From NCBI RefSeq assembly GCF_023055435.1, contig NW_025964279.1, positions 2,666,001 to 2,730,000 of the forward strand: DNA of 64,000 nt. Direction: 5' to 3'. The notes under the pieces were generated by a model. It saw only the letters and a program-made list of their open reading frames with translations. It had not been told where the DNA came from and did no database searches. A program made the translations under genes and the position numbers. The stretch's first letter is position 1; every line of letters begins with the position of its first letter. This DNA is from Haliotis rufescens. Lineage: Eukaryota. Of this stretch, positions 24,283-36,108 are shown piece after piece.

Positions 24283-24550
24283 TTGGTTGGTTGGTTTGTT
24301 GTTTAACGCCGCACTCAGCAATATTCCAGCTATATGACGGCGGTCTGTAAATAATCGGGTCTGGACCAGACAATCCAGTGATTTATATCATGAGCATCGA
24401 TCCACGCAATTGGGATCGATGACATGTATCAACCAAGTCAGCGAGTCTGACTACCCGATCCCGTTAGTCGCCTTTTACGACAAGCATAGTCACCTTTTAC
24501 GGCAAGCATGGGTTGCTGAAGACCTATTCTACCCCGGAATCTTCACGGGT
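24283..24550 (-). mobile_element. Short retroposon family B (~270 bp, no tRNA head)
   Basis: TSD CCGTCAAATAGGA; 5' end ACCCGTGAAGAT; same 3' tail as family A, ending in an (AACC/AAAC)n repeat. Confidence 0.85.
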
Positions 24551-24902
24551 CCGTCAAATAGGAAAGATGGGTGTGAAAATCATATTTAATATGCATACTT
24601 TTCTTTTTATTGTCTGGATGGTCTGATCACTTAATTTGTCTATCTAAAAATGGGACAGCCTATATTGTTGACTAAGAGAATGAATGATGTTTGTCTCCGC
24701 AAATAGGATTGGTTGGTTGGTTTGTTATTTAACGCCGCACTCAGCGCCATTCCAGCTATATTCCGACGCAATGTAAATTTGTCGAGTCTGGGACATTTAC
24801 AATATTTAAAACAATCTGAGAATAAATAAAATTAACTCGGCACATGTTGGCAAGGCTGTGTTGGTTTATATTGTTTGATTATTTGTTTTTTGTTTGGGGG
24901 AG

Positions 24903-25170
24903 CCGTGAAGATTCCGGGGTAGAATAGGTCTTCAGCAACCCATGCTTGCCGTAAAAGGTGACTCTGCTTGTCGTAAAAGGCGACTAACGGGATCGGGTGG
25001 TCAGGCTCGCTGACTTGGTTGATGCATGTCATCGATCCCAATTGCGTGGATCGATGCTCATGATATAAATCACTGGATTGTCTGGTCCAGACTCGATTAT
25101 TTACAGACCGCCGTCATATAGCTGGAATATTGCTGAGTGCGGCGTTAAACAACAAACAAACAAACAAACA
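24903..25170 (+). mobile_element. Short retroposon family B
   Basis: Near-identical, inverted partner of 24283-24550. Confidence 0.85.
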
Positions 25171-26137
25171 AATGTTGTTTGGGGATATTTCTTTTTACAG
25201 ATATAAACATATAACAACACACGCAACACCATTCTTACACCCCAATATAAACTGTCGGCAAAAGAAAATATTCATGTTTGATGGTGGCGAAAATAAAACA
25301 AACAAGAAATGGTTATTCGATGGTGATGTATTTGATACAGGTATTATCCTGTGAGCTTTAATTGGGCAGTGTTTCGGCGATTGTTTTCAGCCTAGAAACG
25401 TATTGATAATGTTTGTAATTTTGGGGTAAAATCCAACATTCAAGTGCATACTTTCTATAGCCCCGGGTGTTAGGAGCAAGTCTGTTTGTAAGGGGTCGGG
25501 TGTATTCGTGTCTTGGTGTAAGTATTCAACATGTTTTTTGTTGTGATATTTAAAAACAGCTTACGAGTTGAGGGAAAACAATGAGCGTGGCGCCGTCTGG
25601 ACACGAGGGCGTAAGTGGCACCATCTTGTTGGCCAAGGACGGAAGGTTCCAACACTTACTGTACAGCTACAGTAGGTTACTAACGAGGCCTATTAGCGCT
25701 CTCATTGTGTTCTTGTTGTGACACTAACGACTTTGTTTTGTCAGATGATAATTGGTTGGAGCGGATAAGGTCATCAGACGGTTTGATGGTTGTGTTGACA
25801 AGAAAGTAGCTTATGAAAGGTATTATTAATGTGTAGCAACATGTTTCATGCATTAAAACGGAGAGTGGGGATGTAATTTCTCTTGTTAAATATATTTTCA
25901 AATACAAATGTGCATATTTATAATACTTTTTAATTTTAACAATTTTTAATTTTCAGAATTGAAATAAACATTAATCTTTAGTTTTTGAAACTGTATTAGA
26001 TTAAAAACCAAACATTAATATTTTGTTCAAGTCTCATGCAATGTTAGTTAATAAATGTGACGTTACATAGTTACCATCACATCGATGTACTGAGAATACA
26101 TAATATTTTGTGTAATAAGGACATATAACTGATAAAG

Positions 26138-26320
26138 GTTCGCCCCGATCATGTTTCTAGGTTTGTCAGCACCATACCCGTGCTCGTGGGTTTCACCGAA
26201 GTGGTAAACGTCTGAGACCTGCATCACTTCGGGCTTTCCTCCCATATTAAGCTGACACGCCGTGATATAACTGGAATACTGTGAAAAGCGGCGTAAAACC
26301 CAAATCACTCACTCACTCAC
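26138..26320 (+). mobile_element. V-domain-like SINE family C (other copies 53135-53330 +, 29575-29745 -, 55730-55840 partial)
   Basis: CCGTGCTCGTGGGTTT...TTTCCTCCCA resembles the V-SINE central domain; shared tail and (ACTC)n. Confidence 0.65.
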
Positions 26321-26781
26321 TATAACGGGATAAACACTGGAAAACAAGCATTTGCAAAATTTTAAAGCAGCGTTTTCTCTATTACAATATCTTCGCTAAA
26401 TGATCATCTTTCCTATTCCAAATTCAAATAGCCACGTGATCTCCAAATGACTGGCGACAAGTAAAGTGGACCAATTAGGATAAGGAACCATGATGGTGTC
26501 ATAATCCATGTACCATATTTTCTTTTGCTGTCTTGGGCGCCTCGTTGTTTTTTTATTTGGTTTACGTATCAACAGTCGAAAATTTCCAAAAGTGGTTTGG
26601 AATTTAGAATTTAAGAAGAGCTTGTTTTTCCCCGAGTCCAGATTTGTTTACTTGTTTGTCTTTTTACCTTTTTTAAAATCAAATTTGAAATTTGATAATG
26701 GTAAATACAAAGTAGTCATAACAGGTATTAATCAAATGTATTGAACATATGCCTTGTTTTTCGTTCAGCTTTTATACGATA

Positions 26782-27030
26782 TGGGGCGGTCGGGTAGCCT
26801 AGTGGTTAAAGCGTTCGGTCGTCACGCCGAAGACCTGGGTTCGATTCCCCACTTTGGTTCTTTCTGGTGTCCCCCGCCGTGGTATTGCTGGAATATTGCT
26901 AAAAGCGGCGTAAAACCATACTCACTCACTCACCCACTTGGGTTCAAAGTGTGAAGCCCATTTCTGGTGTCCCCCGCTGTGATATTGCTGGAATATAGCT
27001 AAAAGCGGCGTAAAACCATACTCATTCACC
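26782..27030 (+). mobile_element. SINE family A with duplicated 3' half
   Basis: Head plus two tails, all within the TSD TTTTATACGATAT. Confidence 0.85.
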
Positions 27031-27314
27031 CATTTTATACGATATGTTTTAATTTCGTCTAGTTGTATATTATTCATGTTGTTTACAATTACGTGGTATG
27101 ATTTTCAAAAGCTTGGTGTAATCATAAGAAGGATTTGTATATTTGAAGACGTTATTCAGTTATCACAGTTATATGTATATATTATCGCCGTCCGTGGTGT
27201 TTCACCTGGTTACTGGTCCAGGTAACGGTAGGCGACGGAATGCGACACAGCGCGTGTCACGCTCCAAATAGGTGGAAATATTATTCCATTTAATGAAACA
27301 CAAGATCATAATGA

Positions 27315-27647
27315 GGCGGATTGTTGACAGGCCGGGTGCTCGTCCTCGTAACTCCTCGTGTCACGCCAAGCAAGATGCTCCTTGCACCTGAAGAATATCA
27401 TCCCTGTCGGGTCGTGAGAACAACATCTGTCTCGGGGTGAAGTTTAACGCGAGCCGGCGCGTGCCACCACTTAGCTAGGCGTGCGCTGATTGGCTGCGTG
27501 TATCGGATCGCGCCGGGCTATTCAGATGTCAAAACATAACTGTGCATAGATTAGCGTGGGTAGGGGAATGTTGGGGGTATAAAGGCGGGTCGGGAGGCCG
27601 CGTTCCATCACACTAACTTGTCCCTCAGAGCTGACCACATCGCAGTG
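27315..27647 (+). promoter_or_regulatory. Proximal promoter/5'UTR of Hes paralog 4
   Basis: TATAAA 27578-27583; CGTGAGAA 27413-27420; class-C site 27456-27465. Confidence 0.8.
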
Positions 27648-29119
27648 ATGGAATCTTACTTTCATAACACGGAATCCGACAATGAATATATGGGCCGAAG
27701 AAAGGTAGGCATTAGTTTGCTCATATAATTAAGTTTCAAATGGTCTGTTTACCACTTGTAAATTGCACGTGACTAATTTGATGGGAATAGACTGTGTCCC
27801 AGTCGTGTAGTTCATAGAAACTCCGTGTCGTAATTTTTTATAGGATTTACCTTCAAACTGTCATTCTACTTGGAACACGTGGCCAATGCACTATTCGTGT
27901 GAAATGGGAAAAATCCGATCTTCTCTTTTACCTAGAAACATTTTTATCTTCATGGAAATAGGGCACATCTTCAAACAATATTTCATATTTTGTTTATTAA
28001 TTAATCTCTTTATCTTACAGGGTCGAAAATTAATGGCTGAAAAACGGCGACGAGCCAGAATCAACCAGAGTCTGTCAGAAATCAAAGGCATCGTGTGTCG
28101 AGAGCAACAACAAAATGTAAGTATTGTCACATTTCAGTGATCTGGGACAGACTTTGTCATAATCATATACACCCGTGAAGATCCGGGGTAGAATAGGTCT
28201 TCAGCAACCCATGCTTTCGTAAAAGTAAAAGTGACTATGCTTGTCGTCAGAGGCGACTAACGGGATCCCAGTTTCGTGGATCGATTCTCATGATGTCAAT
28301 CACTGGACTGTCTGGTCCAGACTCGATTATTTACAGGCCGCCGTCAAAAAGCTGGAATATTGCTGAGTTAGCAACAAACAAACAAAACAAACACAATAAT
28401 ATCCACCGATACGCAAGTGCTATTTCTCCTCTACACAATATATAACATGTATTTATGTTATTATTATTCCGTTTTTCCAGGACCCCAATTATGACAAGAT
28501 GGAGAAGGCAGAGATTCTGGAGACGACTGTAGATTATCTGAGGAACGTCAGGAAGATCAACACCACACATCAACACGTCAAAGAAGCAGTTCAAGCCAGA
28601 TTCCAACATGGCTTCTCCAAATGTGCTAAAGAAATCCTCTCCTACATTCAGTCTCTGCCAGGAGTGTCGGACAATGTACACCATCAGCTGAGAAAACACA
28701 TCTCTCGACGCATGACGCACATTCAACAGGTACACGTGACGTCATCAACAGATGATGTGACGTCATACACAAATCAGTGCTATGAGAGACTGAGCGCAGT
28801 GCCTTCCCGCAATTCCCAATATCCACATCCGGCTGCGCATGCGTACATGAACAGGACAGTGTGCACTTCCCCCGTGAAGGAGGACAACAGTTTCTCAGAC
28901 AGTGGATATGCTGGTTCTCCTGACATTATCAAACAATCCACCCCCAGAACCGGACACTATCTCTCATCCAATCTCTCAGATTCAGAACTTTGTAAAATGG
29001 AGTCGAGAAGAATCCACAAAAACTTTGATGACTCGAGAGTGAGGGCGTGGCTCCAGAGTACGTGGTCCTACTCTCAACAAATCAAGACGGAGCAACAGGT
29101 TCCATGGAGGCCCTGGTGA
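27648..29119 (+). CDS. Hes: HES-family repressor, paralog 4; exons 27648-27704, 28021-28116, 28481-29119; 263 aa
   Basis: Exon 1 MESYFHNTESDNEYMGRRK; exon 2 GRKLMAEKRRRARINQSLSEIKGIVCREQQQN; WRPW; intron 2 contains a retroposon. Confidence 0.95.
28171..28390 (+). mobile_element. Short retroposon family B in intron 2 of Hes paralog 4
   Basis: Consensus match with an internal deletion. Confidence 0.82.
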
Positions 29120-29849
29120 TTTGTTCCATAAATGGACTTGTTTTGGGATGAACATCTAGATACATATGTATTCTTCCCATCGTACTATCAAATCTTTGAA
29201 CCCTGGTACCACATGAGTGCTGCCATTGACAACTGTGATAAATCCCATAACGGGATTACAATAAAGGCTTTAAATATAATATCGTTTTGTTTGCCTTGTT
29301 GCCTCTATGTAAACTGTTGGAAGATTTTTGTATTTGCATTTAAACTGGGGGAGGTATAGCCTGGTAGGTAAGGTGTTAGCCTGTTGCGCCTAAAACCTTG
29401 GTTCGGTTTTCAACATAAGTACAGTGCCTGTGACCCATTCCTTGTGTTCCCCCGTTGAATATTTTAAAAGCTTAGATTATGTTAAATTTTTATTTTATAT
29501 TGACACAATATTATATAAAACCAAATAATTATAATATAAACCCTTTCCTATTTATGATAGGCATGATATGGTAAGCTGAGTGAATATTGTTTAATGCACA
29601 GTATTTCGGTTATATATCGTGTTATATAAGTGGGGGAAGGCCAGAATCCATACAGATGTTCGACATAAACCACTTTCGTGAAAGACACGAGCACGGGTAT
29701 GGTTCTAACAAACCAAGGCACGTAATCAGTGCGAATCAAGATTCGAAACATCTGCACAGCGAATTGTGAAACCTAAGAGGGTTGATTTGCTTAAATGCGT
29801 CCAAATGAACATATTTATATACTCACGGGCCTATATACTTCTATACAAC

Positions 29850-30390
29850 GGGTAGAGAATAGGACTTCAGCAACCCATGCTCTCCGTAAAAGGCGACTAT
29901 GCTTGTCGTAAAAGGCGACTAACAGGATCGGGTGGTCAGGCTCGCTCACTTGGTTGATGCATGCCATCGTACCCCAATTGCGTAGATCGAGACTTACGAT
30001 GTCAATTACTGGATTGTCTGGTTCAGACTCGAATATTTACAGACCGCCGTCATAAAGCTGGAATATTGAAACAACAAACAAAACAAAGACAGATAAGAGC
30101 TAAGGTTTTATACCAAGGGCCTGATAAAATGGATAAAAATGAATTCTGAATCTGTTCCTGCAAGATCCGGGATAGAATAGGTCTTCAGCAACCCATGCTT
30201 GTCGTAAGAGGCGACTAACAGGATCGGGTGGTCTGGCTTGCTGACTTGGTTGATGCATGTCATCATATCCCAATAGCGTGGATCGATGCTCATCATATCA
30301 ATGACTGGATTGTCTGGTTCAGACTCGAATATTTACAGACCGCAGTCATAAAGATGGAATATTGCTGAGTGCGGCGTGAAAGAACAAACA
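29850..30390 (+). mobile_element. Two tandem family B copies (~29850-30085, ~30160-30390)
   Basis: Consensus matches; both are followed by AAAGACAGATAAGAGCTAAG. Confidence 0.8.
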
Positions 30391-32059
30391 CATACAAAGA
30401 CAGATAAGAGCTAAGCATCAACCACGGACTTGTGTATATATAGGTCCATGCATCAACCAAGTCAAACACATGCAATACAAGTCCTGCCAGTAGTCTTGTT
30501 GTGTGAGCCGCGGGTGTCCCCGGATCACATGCACAAACATTAGGTTTATCACACGTATCAAAATGTCAGTAAACACAAGCATCTCTGTTGAGTTCATGTC
30601 CATTCTGATATTAACACACCGAAACCCAAAGATACCAGGAATGCCACATTTTAGTTCGTTGCGTCATGTACGTTGGAACATGGGGTTTCAATAGGTCGTC
30701 AAATAATCTGATCACGTGGGGAAGAAAGATTGAACATTAGTCGTGCTCATACGTCACCACTCGCCTCTTTCCGTAACCTGCAAGAAGACTCGTCCCCATA
30801 TCGATGAATGTTATGTTCGAAAATACGACAAACCAATCAGAATGCGCGCATGATTTCAAGTTCTTCGTCAAAGAATCCCTCACAAATAATTTTTGATTTT
30901 ACATACGTCTCGCATCTAAAAATATACCCAAGACACAGTTAAATGTGTTCAATCATACTGTATAATTCCGCATGTCCCGATGTGCTTTAAATTGCATCTG
31001 AAATATATATAATATATGGGGAAATATATGTTAACCATTACGCAACGAGTTGACAAATGTTTTAGCTTTGCCCGTTTGCGCTAAGACGGTACCCGGTTGC
31101 AAAAATGGCCATGAGAGGGGCACGAGTCGCTATTCGGCTTGTTCCGGAATAACACTAGTTGGCCACGAATGTAGTCGTGCTCGGGAAACACAAATTCACA
31201 ACGCAGCCCATGCTATCCGAGGTACCGGTGGAGAATGAATGTATCTCACTGCACACCTAATTATATTGCAGGTATGTCTGATGCAAGCATGCCTTGGTCA
31301 AAATCGTTCATTTTTCACATTCATCGAAAAGTTGCAGACGATAGAAAACAACTCTATTTCATTCGGAAAATATCGTAAACATCCGGGGAATGGTGTCGTA
31401 CATAACTAATTCGAGATACAAAATTGCGGACGGTATGTTGCAAATATAATGGTAACAGTTCGGCATTTCGAGCGGGAAAAAAATGTACCTCACACGCTAG
31501 CGGGCGCACTTAAAAGGATAGATTGGGTCTCAGTCAGAGTCCGACATCAAGTGGATCGGTTCCATATATCTGATTTCCGAGTACAAAGTCTCCGTGATCT
31601 CCCGCAATACTGGTGGAAGCGTCCGTAAAACTCATTCTACAGTGAGTCCATTATTACCTCTCATCATCTTCTCGAGGCAAGGGAATTAAAATTAACTGAC
31701 TGTAAAAGTCCATTTTCCACCCTTCCCGAACCTGGCTGGAATTTCTTGGCTCGATCATAGCGCCACCAGTGGCTATTACGATTTATGTCCCTCCTTTTGA
31801 CCAATCAGATTCCACCTTCATGTCACTTCCATTTACTTCAAACAAAATGGCGGCGCCAAGTCAAGACGATCTGATCGATAATCAATATCTATATTATAAT
31901 AGAACGGTTCTTACTTCGCGAAGTGAATCAAATGACTTGAGCATCTTGATTAAAACATGAAAAGATTTAGAAAATATCTGTTGACACATGTGCTCTGCAA
32001 ATCCTGAAATCTGCACGACAAATATCCCAGATACCCCCAACTGCCACAACATCGGAGTA

Positions 32060-32233
32060 CAGTAAACTACGGTTATAACGAACTCAAAGGGACCACTAAC
32101 TTGAGTTTGTTATAACCGTAGTTCGTTATAAGCATATATACAGTATAACAATAGCAAATAGTCGGGACAAAAAATCAGTTCGTTATATCCGTCAGTTCGT
32201 TATAATCGTGTTCGTTATAAACGTACTTTACTG
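32060..32233. mobile_element. Tc1/mariner-pogo-type MITE (second copy 37599-37771)
   Basis: TIRs CAGTAAACTACGGTTATAACGAA / TTCGTTATAAACGTACTTTACTG; TA TSD; internal GTTCGTTATA repeats. Confidence 0.85.
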
Positions 32234-32812
32234 TATTATATTGTGGGCCCTAATCATAAAGACCTCTCTCCATTGTACGATTCAGATTGTGTTTATGATT
32301 TTCATTATCTCAATTAATGTCATTCCATGTTTTCATTCAATAGGAAACTGCATTATCCGTCGATTAAAAAATACATTGCATATTTTTTCCAAATATTTGA
32401 GACGACAGTTTTAAAAATCAGTAAACACAAAGATACGTCCTGTGATTGCATTATCAACTCAACTGTCGGGCAAAAGAATGTACACACCAATGTTTGATGG
32501 TGGCTATTCAAAAAAATGAAACAAACAAGAAATGTTTTTTCCATGGTGATGTATTTGATACGGGTATCATCGTTGTGTTTTGGACATTAGGTTTGAAGTG
32601 TTTCTACAACTGTTTTCAGCCTAGTAACGTTTTGATAACGTTTGTAGTCTTTTGGTGAAATCCAATTATCAAGTGTATACATTCTTTTGCCCAGCACTTT
32701 ATTTTCTCGTTCTGTCACTATAGTTTAACCCGCTTCATAAACCGCAACTTACTTTGTAACACGGTGGCTTTTGCTTGGTAATGTTATCTCCATTAAATGT
32801 CTTCAAGATAAG

Positions 32813-32967
32813 CGGGGCGGTCGGGTAGCCTAGTGGTTAAAGCGTTCGCTTGTCACGCCGAAGACCCGGGTTCGATTCCCGACATGGGTACAATGTGTGA
32901 AGCCCATTTCCGTGATATTGCTTGAATATTGCTAAAAGCGGCGTAAAACCATACTCACTCACTCACT
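32813..32967 (+). mobile_element. SINE family A
   Basis: TSD TCTTCAAGATAAGC. Confidence 0.9.
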
Positions 32968-33329
32968 CTTCAAGATAAGCCATCCCCAGCCCTCTCTGCA
33001 TGATGACAGCACTGTAACTTGAAACTCCACAATCTCTGCTCAGATCCCATCACATTCAGACCACTGGATGATATAGTAAACTGTACACATTGAATAAATG
33101 AGTGAGCGAAGCAAACAAAACTTGTTTAATGTAGTTGAAAACCGTTTGTTTCAAAATATGATATGTCGATTTCTCGATAGTGCCGAACTGCTTCTCTGGT
33201 CCTTGCGAAAACCTTTAATTATTTTAATATTTGACCACTGATAAGTCGAATCGGATTCTTCATTTTCGATTTATTAATACATTTTATTATCTCTTGATGA
33301 TGCATGCCACTGATTGTAGTGATTTTGTT

Positions 33330-33588
33330 TTTGTTTGTTTGTTGATAAACGCCACACTCAGCAAGTTTTCAGCTATATAACGGCGGCCTGTAAATAATCG
33401 AGTCTGGACCATAAAAACCAGTGATTGACAACACGAGCATCGATCCACGCAACTGAGATACGATGACATGCATCAACCCAGTCAGTGAGCCTGACCACCC
33501 GATCCCGTTAGTCGCCTCTTACGACAAGCATAGTCGCATTTTAAGGCAAGCATGGGTTGCTAGAGACCTATTCTACCCCGGATCTTCA
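33330..33588 (-). mobile_element. Short retroposon family B
   Basis: TSD TGATTGTAGTGA. Confidence 0.85.
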
Positions 33589-34789
33589 TTGATTGTAGTG
33601 AAACAAACTAACAAAGCTAGTTTGTTTGTTTTCTAAATTAAACTTCAAGATGTCAAAACGACGATTTGAAGTCATTGTCAAAGAAAATCACATGCGTGTT
33701 TTTCAAAATATAAAGAGAAGCCTCTTACAGAAATATGAATAAGGAAGAGAAATTGTTGATGTCAACTTCTTTATTATGAGGAACACTTACTCTAGATGAA
33801 ACGTTGTGTTCCTCATAATAAAGAAGTCGACATCCACAAATTCTCTTCCTTATGTGTATCACTTCTAAATGCCTTTCAAAGACTTGATAAACATGAATGT
33901 TTTATATTTTCATGCATTGTTCACACATTACCTACGTTGCGTTATTTTTTCCAAATCGTTATTTCAAATAAAAATGTGGATTTCCGAGAAAATTATCAAT
34001 TTTTCCTCTTCTCGTTAAAAAAAGAAGATATAACGCCGGATGTTAGAAGAGATTTATCGTGTATCAAGGTGCAAAGTAACACTTATTCATTTTGTTTCTT
34101 TTTCCGGCAAGCAACGTGGGACAACAAACGTGTTTACCTTGTCCCGTTATCATATTCTTCATTGAACTTTCCCACACTCATCACATCCTTCACCACAACA
34201 GGTGCCCGCCCGCATGCCACGTGACTCAATTGAAGCGAATTCGAATATTACTTGCCCCCATTGTGGAGTATTGTGAAGGAATCTCCTTGAGAAGGGGCTT
34301 TCGTCCGCGTTGATGATAACAGTACATAGCCTCGCATCCAATAACGTTGCGAATTAATGGCGCGTGACGTTTTGACACTTCGCGTGCGCCATCCGTCACT
34401 GTCATTGTTCCTGCGTGTCACAACATCATCAACAGGGTTTTATCGCGGGATGATGACAGTGAGAGTGGAGGAATGTTTGCCGGGGTATTGAGAGATTTAC
34501 CCTGACACAGATTTACACAGCATCGGTGTATTGTTAGGTTGTAGTTGGGGATTTCCCTTAAACACACAGGATCTGACCCATGTTTGACACAATAATACTT
34601 GCACATTCAGACCATTTTCTGATTGGAGGACCCGTCTACCTTCTGGAGTAAACAGCGAGTCAAATATTTTAAAGAATGTATTTCTTTTTAATGTTTTTTG
34701 TTCAACACATAAACTTAGGACAATAAACTTCATCTGATTGTGATACTATTTCTGATGTCAGAATTTCTGCTCGCATTGGCATATCAAAC

Positions 34790-35020
34790 CAAGGGAATAT
34801 TGTCAAGAAGTGTATCTTAATCTTCAGGTATATCGATGATCTGATATCTTCAATGATGGCAAAATAGCCAATTCCATTCCACAAATGTACCCACCTCAGC
34901 TGAAACTGAAAGGGGCCGGTGAAACCACCTCATATGTTACATATTTGATCTATGCAAAAAGATTCAGAATTACCCCCCAAATCCCAACTTGACTGTATGA
35001 CTTCCACTTTCCACTTTGAA
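34790..35020 (+). pseudogene. Frameshifted Penelope-like-element reverse transcriptase remnant
   Basis: FRYIDDLIS at 34823, frameshift, then NDGKIANSIPQMYPPQLKLKGAGETTSYVTYL. This fits the YIDD...YP.(E/Q)L.L...YLD pattern of PLE RTs. Confidence 0.65.
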
Positions 35021-35764
35021 GACGCAATTCACTTTTTCTATACCTGCCAAAAATACGATAATATCAGAAACACTATGTATTTCTACACACATGACTATTC
35101 TTAAATCAGTTCACGATTTCATTGTCAAAAGCAAAAGATTCGAGTAGCTTAATTTTATACATGTAGTAATGGAAAACTGCATTATCTTATTTCACAGACA
35201 CCACTTGTATTGGCTTCATATATTTCATTTGTGCATTAAGTATGTTTATGTTTAGCACTATCTTACATATAATCTTATATATAACCAGCTGTTGTAAAGT
35301 TATTACCTGGAGAGGTATTTACATAAGCAAGTTTTGCTTGTTTACCGATCAAGTTTTCTTTTGAAATAAAAATATGTTTAAACCACTTCGACTTTCCAAT
35401 AGTCGATCTTTCCTATTATATCGAGCAATCCTTCCCTTTATGTCGAACAATATTCCAGCAGTTTAAACCTTTTGTAAATTTTTCAACATTTCACAGGTAC
35501 AAACGAGCATGTTCTTTCTCCGAATATTATAAAAAAATCCTTCATAAATTTGTTTTATCGGGGTTACAACATTCAAAGTCTTATTAATTCTTCCAAGACG
35601 TTTTATGGTAGAGATGTTTGTTACGGGTGCCTTCGATGGAGCCTCACACTTTCGCGAACACCTCGTATTGTCAGTATAACTGACTCAAAAACACATTCTT
35701 ATGATGTAGTCGGAATCGTTCACTGTACTCTGCTTTTAACAGAGATTTCTTATGATAATGGAGG

Positions 35765-36108
35765 TGAGGTAAAATGGGGTTTAACGTCGCGTCCAAGATT
35801 ATTGCACTAATACAGCGACGTGCATGTACATGTGTGTGTGTGTGTGGCTGCTTGTACTTTTCCGGGCTGATGGCGATTTATAGTGCTAGCCCACTGAGAT
35901 ACCATGCCACAGTTTAACATGAATACCCCACTCAGACACAGTATACTGACTCCGATCCGACCTTGTTTTAGCACCTTAATGCCGAGCGCCAGACAAAGTA
36001 ACAACAAGTACCATCTTTTAACGTCTTTTGTTATGACGCTGCCGGGGATCGAACCCCGGTCCTTCCGCTCTCCGGGCGGACGCTCAACCACAAGACCACG
36101 GAGGCGGT
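35765..36108 (-). mobile_element. tRNA-derived SINE with Meta/MESC-like central domain, family D (other copies 61050-61370 +, 49330-49540 - partial)
   Basis: B-box GGTTCGATCCCC followed by GTCATAACAAAAGACGTTAAAAGATGGTACTTG...GGCGCTCGGCATTAAGG; TSD TTATGATAAT. Confidence 0.7.

Noticed and set aside
2747-29119. Paralog pairs 1/2 and 3/4 as uncollapsed alleles
   Set aside because: Introns, 3' flanks and insertion content differ extensively (especially p3 vs p4), more than expected for alleles; not fully excluded without read data.
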